From the IMG/VR virus record IMGVR_UViG_3300032046_000001, positions 186,001 to 250,000 of that record: 64,000 nucleotides of DNA. One strand, written 5' to 3'. The notes beneath the pieces are model-generated. The model was not told where the DNA came from. It was given only the letters and a program-made list of their open reading frames with translations, and searched no databases. A program made the position numbers and the translations under genes. Below, piece after piece: positions 12,401 through 20,164 of the stretch (position 1 is the stretch's first letter; every line of letters begins with the position of its first letter).

Positions 12401-13647
12401 AAACACCGGAAATTATTCATGTTGTTACACCACATGTTATTCATACGATTACACCAGTCATTACTGATGTATTTCAATTAATTGATAATAATCAAGATTT
12501 TACTCCTTGGTCAACAGATCCAGAAACTGGTACTGCTCAATATATTGCAATTGTTAAAGATTCTTTCAACAGAACAATATGGGGATGGTTAGGATCTACA
12601 TCAGAATACGGAACAGTAGTTAATATATGGAAAAATAATAATTTAGATACTTCAGATAGAGGTTGGAATGGTGATACTTCAACTTTTGATTATAATGATG
12701 AAAATATAACTTATCAAATTAAAAAATCTGATGTTTCAATTCCAGATTTATTTTCAGTTAAGACTCTTAGAAAAGGTTCTGATGGATCATTAGTTCTAAA
12801 AGGGACTTTTGATGAAGATATTGCTACTCAAATATTATCACAAGGTTATGCTGGATTGATTGACAGTAATGTTCTTGATATTGATGGTACTTATTTTAGT
12901 TTGGTATATGATGCTGGTTATCCAAAAGATGTTAAAGATCAAATTGTAGGTTTAGCACAAGCCAGAGGTGACTGTGTAGCTATCATTGATAATGGTGACA
13001 ATATTTCAGTTAATAGTTCTATTTTATCACGTAAAAATAATTATCAATATAATACTTATTATGCCTCTATATTTGAATCATATAATAGAATATTTGATAT
13101 TTTTACAGAACGACAAATTTGGTTTTCACCATGTTATCACTTAGGTTATATATTACCAAGAAATGATAAGATAGGAGAACTTTGGTTTGCTGCTTCGGGT
13201 AATAATAGAGGTAGTTGTAGAGATATTAAAGAACTTAGATTCAGTCCAAATCAATCACAACGTGATATGTTATATGGTTATCAAATAAATCCGATAATTA
13301 AACAAAATACTGATTATGTTTTATGGGGTCAATTAACATCACAAAGTAAAGCATCAGCTTTACAAGATCTAAATATAGTTAGATTACTTCTTTATATTAA
13401 ACGTGGTGTTCAACAATATGCAAATAATTTTATATTTGATGACAATTCTCAATTAGTTTGGAACACTGTAAGGAACGATGTTACCGACTTCTTAGAACAA
13501 ATTAAAAAGAGACGTGGGTTAATTAATTACACAATCAATGTTGGTGCTACACTGTTAGAAATAAAAAATAAAACTTTTCATGTTGATATTATATTAGAAC
13601 CTACAGGTACTACGGAAAAAATTGAACTGAATTTTTATATCAAATAA
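6499..13647 (+). CDS. Second tail sheath paralog with a large Kelch-like beta-propeller insertion
   Basis: N- and C-terminal parts align with sheath 2359-4317 (SAGVYTKIIDLSTFVQ...; LWFAASGNNRG, QINPI, LWGQLTSQSKASALQDLNI, EKIELNFYIK); aa 293-1954 are repeats. Confidence 0.9.
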   Translation: MANISAGVYTKIIDLSTFVQIVPSTIGFICALTEKGEDNKLKFLGSRSELVDEFGSPNISTYGQQYGQGPYVAYNYLGESGSLYFMRCLPDDATYSNLRIYANSDTTTALFIDYVPSLNSTADITTAMQVFGNNTPLVIFYPIGRGTYYNNIGIEITEDETHADEGVYNIDIYETQSDGSYTLIESFKISFDSSAISTNPGESIYVEHVLETYSKVLRAKVGKDGFDLIDKIYTTEVHTITPTGQDVTDVDVSSSGSTSYIDSTSIINIDSTEIIIIDSTTVEHVQVYDGSSWATTPSLNQARRGLAGCGSTVGALSVGGGTTAVVATTEKWNSHTFAGLWFTTSALNTARYYLAGCGTVTASLSFGGGTVAVVNTTEKWNGSSWATTGSLTQTKSNVSGCGTTTDALCMGGGTTAVVNTTEKWNGSTWATTNALNVAKYRLASCGTTSDALSFGGNTNSASDSASTSITEIWNGSTWYTGSNLNQARYYLAGCGTTSDALAFGGCSTASSAYVNTTEKYSGATLGYIWASTSSLNIVKHLAAGSGNMTDALSFGGYSGSTTSITEKWNNVVWSTVNNLNQARFSLCGCGTTSDSLSFGGSTTNVVLKNTERWNGSSWSTTANINTARHLAAGCGIISSALVLGGNTNAADGSSQNALTEVWTGYSWYTATNLNESKYYIAACGTTSGALCFGGSTAETSAYVNTTEKWSTSVFDYIWTTTSVLNQGRYQTSGCGDSNNALVFGGYTGAVINTTEIWSVSSWATTTNMTLGRNHLSGCGNTTDALNFGGVSSTTRATTEIWNGSSWATTSNLNTARFSLTGCGVTSGALSIGGETGTAPVNNVEIWNGSSWVTTTAISVAKYGLAGCGTTTDALSFCGWTASVTVATTEIWNGSSWATTTSSTQQRYYLAGCGTTLDALNFGGSTSFSQRRTTTEKWNGSLWATVNGLNVAKDYLAGCGATNAALSFGGSSGSSPYDITEKYLQLDIGSWVTTSALNTARRGLAGCGTTSNALSFGGYSGASINVTEIWNGLLWTTGNPLNIPRYNLSGCGATNAALSFGGFMGSTVSTTEKYAEFSVGSWVTTTALTSTKRSLAGCGTTSDALCFGGYTGSATGINVTELWNGSLWATTNILNQTRYGLAGSGDSLNALSFGGYTGAVINTTEIWTQTYFDYWTLTSSLNQAREYLASSGDTSGALAFGGGTTAVVNSTEKWSGSSWVTTSALNTAIRGLAGCGTVTDTLSIGGGTTTVVNTTEKWNGSSWTTTYGLNQSRFDLAACGTTSDALCFGGGTTAVVNTTEKYSQVVSNIWATTNSMTVGRKKLVGIGTVYDALSMSGSTGTNKTEIWNGSSWATTTNLNYGRYFAAGSGITSDALIFSGNTTPSTEKWNGSTWSTTNDINNILLAPAGVGTTSATISFGGGTTTDGSGIPITFSKPGQIWYGSGWYTASLLNVGRALLAMSGTTSDALAFGGNTAGGYTAPTTATEKFSIATQNNIWATTSNMVVAKQEPEECGDVNSSLVFGGYTTDVSNKTEIWNGSSWATTTNMVATIRKHAGCGTTSNALSFGGQTTNKTEIWNGSSWATTSNLDQNRIGLAGCGTTSDTLGFGGGTTVDGYGTVIGWITSSVIWNGSVWTTTAGLNQPRSMLAGCGNTTDALSFGGTTAGGYTGEVTTTELWNGSSWTTTTATTFARFSNSGSGNTSSALCFGGGPVYSTPTTIVDYWNGSIWATTSVLNIARNDGAGSGTGSNALSSGGYTGSSVNTTEKYTQFSIGAWATTSALNLSRYGLAGCGTTNASLAYGGSTGTGVPRLSTEIWNGSSWATTMDQTVARQYQAGCGTTAAALSFGGETYASSSYNTTEIWLPVLYGAWATTSALNQAKSKLSGCGTTTDALSFGGDSNSGNVVSTTEIWNGSSWATTSALNVARQYLAGCGTTSDALSFGGGTTAQVNTTEKWYATYHTNTIVHHIETPEIIHVVTPHVIHTITPVITDVFQLIDNNQDFTPWSTDPETGTAQYIAIVKDSFNRTIWGWLGSTSEYGTVVNIWKNNNLDTSDRGWNGDTSTFDYNDENITYQIKKSDVSIPDLFSVKTLRKGSDGSLVLKGTFDEDIATQILSQGYAGLIDSNVLDIDGTYFSLVYDAGYPKDVKDQIVGLAQARGDCVAIIDNGDNISVNSSILSRKNNYQYNTYYASIFESYNRIFDIFTERQIWFSPCYHLGYILPRNDKIGELWFAASGNNRGSCRDIKELRFSPNQSQRDMLYGYQINPIIKQNTDYVLWGQLTSQSKASALQDLNIVRLLLYIKRGVQQYANNFIFDDNSQLVWNTVRNDVTDFLEQIKKRRGLINYTINVGATLLEIKNKTFHVDIILEPTGTTEKIELNFYIK
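7375..12360 (+). repeat. 36 tandem ~46-aa Kelch-like coding repeats
   Basis: Manual count of units WxTTxxLNxARxxLAGCGTxxxALxFGG...TExWNGSS; the GG doublet and W spacing are Kelch-like. Confidence 0.85.
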
Positions 13648-13659
13648 GGAGATAATTAA

Positions 13660-13839
13660 GTGAGCGAATATGATGAATTTTTAGAAAAGGTTGAAAAAAC
13701 ATTCAACAAATTTATGAAGAAAGCGAGAGCGATCAAGGTAAACGATAAGAGTCCAGAGAATATGTCAATTAAAAGTGAGGCGATTCGATATAATATCGAA
13801 TTACGATCACTTTTACAAAAATTCAGAGGAAATAGTTGA
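13660..13839 (+). CDS. Small hypothetical protein (59 aa, GTG start)
   Basis: AGGAG SD before GTG at 13660; open to TGA at 13837-13839. Confidence 0.5.
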   Translation: MSEYDEFLEKVEKTFNKFMKKARAIKVNDKSPENMSIKSEAIRYNIELRSLLQKFRGNS

Positions 13840-13893
13840 AGATGTTCTAAATAATTTTCTGGTTCAGAAAAAAAAAATAAAATAATTAAAAGA

Positions 13894-13923
13894 AGGAGGA
13901 ACAGGATTATTCCTGTTCCTCCT
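13894..13923. terminator. Intrinsic terminator at the convergence of the + and - blocks
   Basis: Perfect 13-bp stem AGGAGGAACAGGA-ttat-TCCTGTTCCTCCT; long T-rich tract follows on the - strand. Confidence 0.8.
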
Positions 13924-14146
13924 CAATTCTGTAATATTTTTGATTTGAATATTTAAGTTCTACATCTTTAAATATTTCAAAATGATACTCTGGCCTTTTT
14001 TCATCAATTAATCTTCTTTTTAGTTCCTTATCAAATACCATAGTATAAGTATTATCTGAAAAAATATGAAATTCTACTGTTATATAATGTTTATCGATTA
14101 ATTTAGAAATACATGCATACTTAATTTTATTTTGTACTAAAATATC
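13907..14146 (-). other. 79-codon open frame without a clear start, in frame behind a TGA
   Basis: DILVQNKIKYACISKLIDKH...RIEEEQE* directly follows the TGA at 14149-14147. Confidence 0.4.
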
Positions 14147-14332
14147 TCAAACTTCTTTTATTGAATTGGCATATAATTTATTTTGAATCCATTTTAAATA
14201 CCAACCATTATATATCCATTCGCCTTCGTCACGATCATAATTGTCTTCTTTACAAGCTACTTCAATTTTATATTTTAATTTCTCTGTTTTAATTTCAATG
14301 TCTTCACCACAATGTGGACATTTAAATATCAT
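14147..14332 (-). CDS. Small hypothetical protein with CPHC motif
   Basis: MIFKCPHCG...; internal ATG at 14332 of the ORF-track call 14147-14404 is the more plausible start. Confidence 0.55.
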   Translation of the reverse strand: MIFKCPHCGEDIEIKTEKLKYKIEVACKEDNYDRDEGEWIYNGWYLKWIQNKLYANSIKEV

Positions 14333-14472
14333 TGTTTCTTTTCCAATCATCAAGATTAACCGTGGTCTTACCTTTAGTCTTTGGTAAATCACGATATTCT
14401 TCATTGTTTATAAGCCATTCATTATATCGTGAATCTTCTTTTGGATTCTTTATTTTTGGAATAAATTCATAT

Positions 14473-14814
14473 TTATCTAAGGGATTCATCAACTTTAATT
14501 GAGACTAAATTAGTTACTAATTCATCTCTCATACAATAATCGAATATACGTCCTGCTACAGTATTATGTTCATCACCAAAAACTTCATAATTACTTCCAG
14601 GTTTTAATTCGAAGTGATAATCTTCTTCGAGGGATTTGATAAGATCTTCTTTCGTGTATTCTTTATGATATTCATAATAATCCATAATACTAAATAATCC
14701 ATTATGCCATAAATTCTCGACAAACTCTCTTGCTGTTAATATCTTATTTGTTTTATTAACAATAATAAAACTTGTAGAACTACTATTGGTAACAAAATCA
14801 TTTTTAAGTTTCAT
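14473..14814 (-). CDS. VTNSSS-motif family protein #1
   Basis: MKLKNDFVTNSSSTSF. Confidence 0.8.
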   Translation of the reverse strand: MKLKNDFVTNSSSTSFIIVNKTNKILTAREFVENLWHNGLFSIMDYYEYHKEYTKEDLIKSLEEDYHFELKPGSNYEVFGDEHNTVAGRIFDYCMRDELVTNLVSIKVDESLR

Positions 14815-14831
14815 TTAATTCCCTCCATATA

Positions 14832-15074
14832 TCAATCATCCTCATCTTCAGGCGATTCTTCTATTTTTAAAACATGACCATATTTATCATAGAATATTAA
14901 ACCAAAACTTCCTTTATCGCCTTGACAATCTCCACACACTGAAAGTACGTATAAAGCACCTTTAGGATCTGATTTTACTCTTGTTACTATATTAGATTCT
15001 CGACAAATAGGACATTCAAAAGTAATTTCTCGTTCATTCTCCGAATATTTAACTGTTGGTAGAAGTTGACTCAT
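14832..15074 (-). CDS. Zinc-ribbon protein, YDKYG family
   Basis: CPIC...CGDC...FYDKYG. Confidence 0.7.
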   Translation of the reverse strand: MSQLLPTVKYSENEREITFECPICRESNIVTRVKSDPKGALYVLSVCGDCQGDKGSFGLIFYDKYGHVLKIEESPEDEDD

Positions 15075-15267
15075 TCACCACACATCCATATTTATCATAA
15101 TATATTGTATCTTCATCATCACCACTTCGACAATCATTACATGTAAATAATGCGTAAATACTACTTGGTGGATCACAAGATAAACGACGATTTTCAACTA
15201 TTTTACGACATCTTGGACATAAGAGCATAATATGTTTTTCAGTTGGAAATTTGATTGTATCCAACAT
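15049..15267 (-). CDS. Zinc-ribbon protein, YDKYG family
   Basis: CPRC...CNDC...YYDKYG. Confidence 0.7.
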   Translation of the reverse strand: MLDTIKFPTEKHIMLLCPRCRKIVENRRLSCDPPSSIYALFTCNDCRSGDDEDTIYYDKYGCVVNESTSTNS

Positions 15268-15644
15268 TAGTTTAATCGAACAACTTTTCTTGATCGTTTA
15301 ACTTCAATGTCTGGATCATCATCATATTCATCATCTTCATAATCATTATAATATCCGATTGAAAAATTTGGAGTATTAACTTTTTGTAAATCGTTGTCCA
15401 TATAATATAATGTCTGCATTAAAGGACAATCACAATCTTCACTTGATATCTCTAATCTATATACAGTATTAGGTTCCATTGTTTTGACTTTATTATTTAA
15501 ACCCTCTTTGAATGATTTTTTAAAACTGTCGGCAAGATATCTCCATAGTTCATCAACAAAATCATCAAAAGTTAATGTGTTTTTCATCATGATCATAAAA
15601 CATGTTGAACTACTATTTGTAACAAAACTTGTTTTGGCTTTCAT
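15267..15644 (-). CDS. VTNSSS-motif family protein #2
   Basis: MKAKTSFVTNSSSTCF. Confidence 0.8.
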   Translation of the reverse strand: MKAKTSFVTNSSSTCFMIMMKNTLTFDDFVDELWRYLADSFKKSFKEGLNNKVKTMEPNTVYRLEISSEDCDCPLMQTLYYMDNDLQKVNTPNFSIGYYNDYEDDEYDDDPDIEVKRSRKVVRLN

Positions 15645-15862
15645 TATTCTTCCTCATATTTTAATAAATATCCATATTTATCATAAAATTGATATAGATC
15701 TTTTATTTTATTTCTATTTTGATGGCATCTCGCACACATGAGTATTAAAAGAATACTTCCTGATGGGTCATCTGAACACTTAGTTTCAATTTTTGTTTTG
15801 TGGCATTTCGGACACTTCACTAAGATCTCATTTTCTTGTGGAATTGGTATTGTTTCTAACAT
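15644..15862 (-). CDS. Zinc-ribbon protein, YDKYG family
   Basis: CPKC...CARC...FYDKYG. Confidence 0.7.
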   Translation of the reverse strand: MLETIPIPQENEILVKCPKCHKTKIETKCSDDPSGSILLILMCARCHQNRNKIKDLYQFYDKYGYLLKYEEE

Positions 15863-15865
15863 TCC

Positions 15866-16291
15866 TTAATAAGATGTTATGTCTTGATGAACAAGATTCA
15901 TGTGTTCATCATAACACAAAACACTAACTTCGAAATTTCCATCACCATCATAATCTTCTTCGAAATATTCCAAGTCATTATAACAATCATAACATATAAA
16001 AACTATAAATTTAATTTTCTTTTTGTTGATAATGTCATTATCAAAATCTGTGATATCAATATTCCATCCATCTTTATTAAATAAACCTTTATCAAATATT
16101 TTTCCACATATTGGACATTTCAAAAATACTTCATTTTCACTCGGTTTCTTATTATTAACAGGAAGATTTTCTTCGATGCTTTTTTTTCTATTGTGATGTA
16201 AACTAACATGATTTGACTTATTCATTAATTTAAAATTATTAATATTATTATTTTCTTTATTTTCATCTTTATGATGAATACATTGAAACAT
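15866..16291 (-). CDS. Zinc-ribbon protein, YDKYG family (long form)
   Basis: CPIC...CYDC...VLCYDEHMN; GAAGGAG SD before ATG at 16291. Confidence 0.65.
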   Translation of the reverse strand: MFQCIHHKDENKENNNINNFKLMNKSNHVSLHHNRKKSIEENLPVNNKKPSENEVFLKCPICGKIFDKGLFNKDGWNIDITDFDNDIINKKKIKFIVFICYDCYNDLEYFEEDYDGDGNFEVSVLCYDEHMNLVHQDITSY

Positions 16292-16616
16292 AAATACACT
16301 CTCCTTCAGAAATAACATTCATGTATTTGTCATAACATAATACAGGACATGTATACGAACATGTATAATATTCAGCATCAATAATTCCTTCAGTAAATAA
16401 ATTTAAATTATTATCATTTTCATAACAATCCAGACATATATAAATAATATATTTGATTTCTTTACCAAATTTAGAATCTTGATGAAGTTTCATATCATTA
16501 AGTGATTTTACATCTATTTTTCCACATACTGGACATCTTACACATATATGATTATCATCTAATTGAGTTAAATCTGGAAAAGTGTCCAAAATTTTAATAT
16601 AATTATACGGACTCAT
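16269..16616 (-). CDS. Zinc-ribbon protein, YDKYG family (long form)
   Basis: CPVC...CLDC...VLCYDKYMN. Confidence 0.7.
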   Translation of the reverse strand: MSPYNYIKILDTFPDLTQLDDNHICVRCPVCGKIDVKSLNDMKLHQDSKFGKEIKYIIYICLDCYENDNNLNLFTEGIIDAEYYTCSYTCPVLCYDKYMNVISEGECIYVSMYSS

Positions 16617-16815
16617 ATTTTCTTAATGGACAATTATTCGGCCATTTCCAGATAACTGTATTTCTTGATTGACAATGATGAATGAAACCAACATCACTCT
16701 CTGGAAATATACAATAATATCCACCATCGGCACGATTAGGATCTAAATCTTCATTACATTCACAAAATGGACAATCTCCACAACAAGTAATTTCAAGTTC
16801 GATATTAAATTTCAT
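16603..16815 (-). CDS. Small Cys-rich putative metal-binding protein
   Basis: CCGDCPFCEC...C...C...CPL; ATGA overlap with the upstream gene at 16812-16815. Confidence 0.65.
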   Translation of the reverse strand: MKFNIELEITCCGDCPFCECNEDLDPNRADGGYYCIFPESDVGFIHHCQSRNTVIWKWPNNCPLRKYESV

Positions 16816-17243
16816 CCATTGTACCAACATGCGGAAAAGAAGTGAACTAATTGTTTAAAACCTAAATTATTCAAAGTAGTTTGAACTTGTTCAATTATCT
16901 CATTTATTGTTTTATCTTTTGGTGCGTCATTTGGATGCAACGCTATATAAATAAGGTCATTACAATCAGAATGTTGTCTAATACCTATTTTAGTTCCTTC
17001 AAAAATTTCATTGAGATAATCTTCCCAGTAATATTCTTGAGATACTTCTTTAAATTCTTCAAATGATAATTGACATGAGGAAGCGTCACCATCAGTTGCA
17101 GTAGACTCATCTTTCATTATTTTATCAAATAATAATTTTTGAACATATTCAGGCAAATCATCAAATTCACCACGAAATTCAATTCCCCATCCTACAAAGC
17201 TTACACTACTACTATTCGTTACAAAACCAAGTTTTATTTTCAT
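16812..17243 (-). CDS. VTNSSS-motif family protein #3
   Basis: MKIKLGFVTNSSSVSFVGWG; C-terminal P...DKTI.E...L..LGF. Confidence 0.8.
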   Translation of the reverse strand: MKIKLGFVTNSSSVSFVGWGIEFRGEFDDLPEYVQKLLFDKIMKDESTATDGDASSCQLSFEEFKEVSQEYYWEDYLNEIFEGTKIGIRQHSDCNDLIYIALHPNDAPKDKTINEIIEQVQTTLNNLGFKQLVHFFSACWYNG

Positions 17244-17659
17244 TCATCGTCCTCATCTTCTGAAGTATAATCCTCCATTTCAAAAATCATAAACCTTAAT
17301 CCTCTATCAATATCAAGTTGTTTTAATTTTTCTATAATTGAATTTTTAAATTCTCTCAATGTTTGGTCATCATTCATGTTTTCTAAATGTTCACCGATAT
17401 AACATTCATCAAATTCTATGGCATACCCAAGTCCAGACTCATGAAGTATATGTATAATTGCATTTCTAAATTGTGATGGGTGTTCACTGAGACCTTCAAG
17501 AAAATTTTCATATGATATATTCTTATCATAGTATGTCACATATTCATTATATATAAGTTTCTTTAATTTTTCAGGAAATTTATCAACCGTCTGATAAATA
17601 CACCACATACAATATGATGTGCTACTACTGTTAGTAACAAAATCTGATTTTATTTTCAT
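17240..17659 (-). CDS. VTNSSS-motif family protein #4
   Basis: MKIKSDFVTNSSSTSYCMW; MNDDQTLREFK. Confidence 0.8.
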   Translation of the reverse strand: MKIKSDFVTNSSSTSYCMWCIYQTVDKFPEKLKKLIYNEYVTYYDKNISYENFLEGLSEHPSQFRNAIIHILHESGLGYAIEFDECYIGEHLENMNDDQTLREFKNSIIEKLKQLDIDRGLRFMIFEMEDYTSEDEDDE

Positions 17660-18135
17660 CTTTCAATTATAGTGAATATTTCACTCATCCTTTCTTTATC
17701 AAATCCCAATTTTTCTAATTTAGCCTTGATAAATTCCTTATAAAATCTTGCCGTCATATCATCTGGAATTTCTAAGGATGATTTACCAATAATAAATTCG
17801 CTACCAAAAGAATTAATTTCACAAAATAAATTATATTTTTCTGCAATGATTTTAAAAAATTCGAAGTACCATCTATTAATTTCAACTTCTTCTCCGTTGT
17901 CAACTAAATTCTCAAATGTTTCTCTATTATAAGCTCCGAGAGCTTGTGTACAAAAATCATCTATAGATAATTTTGAAATTTTATGTTTTTCACAATGTTC
18001 TAAATAATAATTATATACCTCATCTAAAAACTTTTTAGGTATATCATCATCATTAGAAAATTCAAATAATTCAATTCCCCATCCTGCAAAAGAAACAGAA
18101 GAACTGTTTGTAACATAATCAGATTTAACTTTCAT
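17656..18135 (-). CDS. VTNSSS-motif family protein #5 (frame stays open upstream to 18324)
   Basis: MKVKSDYVTNSSSVSFAGWG at an internal ATG (18135) with GGAGAGGG SD. Confidence 0.75.
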   Translation of the reverse strand: MKVKSDYVTNSSSVSFAGWGIELFEFSNDDDIPKKFLDEVYNYYLEHCEKHKISKLSIDDFCTQALGAYNRETFENLVDNGEEVEINRWYFEFFKIIAEKYNLFCEINSFGSEFIIGKSSLEIPDDMTARFYKEFIKAKLEKLGFDKERMSEIFTIIER

Positions 18136-18320
18136 TTCCCTCTCCAAACATTCGACGTACTCATGTTGTGCTAATTCATATTCATCTTTAAGTTTTTTCA
18201 CAAATTCATTTTCTTTTACTTTTTTATCTAATAAACTTTCGGATAGATCAATCCATCTTGGTCGGTATCTTTTTCTATAATCATCGAGCAACTTTTTCAT
18301 TTTATCACTCATTCGTGCTT

Positions 18321-18665
18321 TCATTTATCCTCCAAAATTATTTTACGTTTTTCAAACCACTCATCCAATGTCAAAATTTCATAATGAACATGTTTTTTAT
18401 AAGTATTATAATCAAAGTGAAGAAAGTCCCATGTTCGAAACCTATTATCTGAAATAGTAAATTCTGTTGGAACCATTTCTTTAGACCATTCTCTTATACC
18501 CCATGTCCAAGATGGTGGCATTTCAATAATTTTATTGACAAATTCTTCCAGAATTGGATTCAACATCTCTTTTATTTTTTCTTTTGATTCTGATTCAATT
18601 TTATAAATATTATAGGTTATATATCCGTCAATACTATTCGAGCATTCTATAATAAATTTATTCAT
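18321..18665 (-). CDS. Hypothetical protein, 'TLxEWF' paralog family
   Basis: Similar to 19477-19782 and 22515-22868 (YxIxxxS..., YEILTLDEWF). Confidence 0.65.
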   Translation of the reverse strand: MNKFIIECSNSIDGYITYNIYKIESESKEKIKEMLNPILEEFVNKIIEMPPSWTWGIREWSKEMVPTEFTISDNRFRTWDFLHFDYNTYKKHVHYEILTLDEWFEKRKIILEDK

Positions 18666-18910
18666 TTGAGTCTTTTATCCACACTTTTTTTATATTTCAT
18701 CCAAGAACATTCTTTTAGGTGTTTACTATAAAGTCCTTTTATAATATTTTTACCACAACCAGGACATACACGACAACAGGGAATACGGTGTTTTACCGTA
18801 CTCCCTGATATATGACAACGACAAGTACATTCTTCTAATGATTTAACCATCTCTTTCAATTTTTGTTTAGTTTCTTTTTTAATTTCTTTAACTCCTTTTA
18901 TTTTTTTCAA
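18662..18910 (-). CDS. Small basic Cys-rich hypothetical protein
   Basis: CTCRCH...CCRVCPGC...H..EC. Confidence 0.6.
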   Translation of the reverse strand: MKKIKGVKEIKKETKQKLKEMVKSLEECTCRCHISGSTVKHRIPCCRVCPGCGKNIIKGLYSKHLKECSWMKYKKSVDKRLK

Positions 18911-19346
18911 TAAAAACTTTCCTTTTTTTACTGATTATTTCTTTAGTTTTTTCTAAATGATGTTTTCCGAAGAATGGATTATTTTTACCTTTATTGTGAT
19001 CAACATTATGATTATATTTTGTTTTCTTTTCTAAATTTTCATAATAATTATTTAATTTAATATCATCTTTGTGATGAATACATTCATTTAATTTTAATTT
19101 ATCATTATAAAAAGTTTCATATACTAAAATGTGAACTCTTTTAGTTTTTTGTTTTTTATTCTTGCATAAAATAACTTGAAAATAACCCTTACTATCTATT
19201 CCTTGTTTTAGTATTCTTTCTTTTTTATATTTTAATGATTTAACTCTACCCAAGTTGCTAACACGATAGTCATTAAAATCTTGAATAATTTTCCATATTT
19301 CATTTTCTAAATCATCTATATCTAAATTTTTAAAAATTTTAATCAT
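18888..19346 (-). CDS. NUMOD4/HNH homing endonuclease
   Basis: EIWKII...YRVSNLGRVKS (NUMOD4), RVHILV, IHHKDD...NLE (HNH); SD before ATG at 19346. Confidence 0.8.
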   Translation of the reverse strand: MIKIFKNLDIDDLENEIWKIIQDFNDYRVSNLGRVKSLKYKKERILKQGIDSKGYFQVILCKNKKQKTKRVHILVYETFYNDKLKLNECIHHKDDIKLNNYYENLEKKTKYNHNVDHNKGKNNPFFGKHHLEKTKEIISKKRKVFIEKNKRS

Positions 19347-19381
19347 TATAATCTCCAATTATTATTCTCAAGTTTAAATTT

Positions 19382-19440
19382 AAAGAGAGAAGGAAGTTTG
19401 AGATCACTTCTTTTCAAGTCGTGATTCTCTATCTCTCTTT
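19382..19440 (-). promoter_or_regulatory. Candidate structured 5' leader upstream of the HNH gene
   Basis: Outer stem AAAGAGAG/CTCTCTTT; homologous to 58632-58689. Confidence 0.5.
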
Positions 19441-19476
19441 TATTATCATATAATGAAAAATAAATTTATAATAAAA

Positions 19477-19782
19477 TCATTCTTCGTCTTCAAATTTAAA
19501 ATCGTCCGTTTTCTTTTTAAAATCATCAAACCAATCATTTAATTCATAAATTGTAATTTCTGGAGAAAAACAAGGTTTTTGATTCCCATCTTCACCATAA
19601 TAGGCGAAATCATAAAACCTATAATATATACTACCACGAAATTCAAAATAATATGGTGGTTCTTTTAATTCACAAAATTGATTTATTAATGATTCCAATT
19701 CAGTTTTTACTTCTTCAACTGAATTGGCTATAATAGGATAAACACCACCAGGGGTATCAATTATAATTTTCATATCAATCAT
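19477..19782 (-). CDS. Hypothetical protein, 'TLxEWF' paralog family
   Basis: YPIIANSVEEVK...ITIYELNDWF. Confidence 0.6.
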   Translation of the reverse strand: MIDMKIIIDTPGGVYPIIANSVEEVKTELESLINQFCELKEPPYYFEFRGSIYYRFYDFAYYGEDGNQKPCFSPEITIYELNDWFDDFKKKTDDFKFEDEE

Positions 19783-20164
19783 CCCTCCAACTATCTTCTA
19801 CAATTCCACATTCTGATGAATCAAAACCAAGTTGTTCAAAAACTTTATCAAGTCTTTTTTCAAATTGTTTCTTAGTTTCATCATCATTCATATCACTGTA
19901 TTCTATGCCAATATAATTGGTATCATCCCAAGGATTAGAATGTACCTCAAGATCAACACTCATTGTTTTACAAGCTATATCGGCTACCATGTAAAGATCC
20001 ACACCTCTCTTAAATTTTTCATAAGTACAATCTGGAGCAAGTTTATCTTTCATAGCATCATAAGTTTTTTGAATAACCGACTCTGGAATTTTAGACATAG
20101 ATAACCCATACATACAAAAACTTACACTACTGCTGTTTGTCACATAATCAATTTTTACTTTCAT
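19775..20164 (-). CDS. VTNSSS-motif family protein #6
   Basis: MKVKIDYVTNSSSVSFCMYG; MNDDETKKQF...LGF. Confidence 0.8.
   Translation of the reverse strand: MKVKIDYVTNSSSVSFCMYGLSMSKIPESVIQKTYDAMKDKLAPDCTYEKFKRGVDLYMVADIACKTMSVDLEVHSNPWDDTNYIGIEYSDMNDDETKKQFEKRLDKVFEQLGFDSSECGIVEDSWRDD

Noticed and set aside
6499-13647. Diversity-generating retroelement acting on the repeat-rich sheath
   Set aside because: No reverse transcriptase and no template/variable repeat pair with adenine-specific differences were seen in the window.
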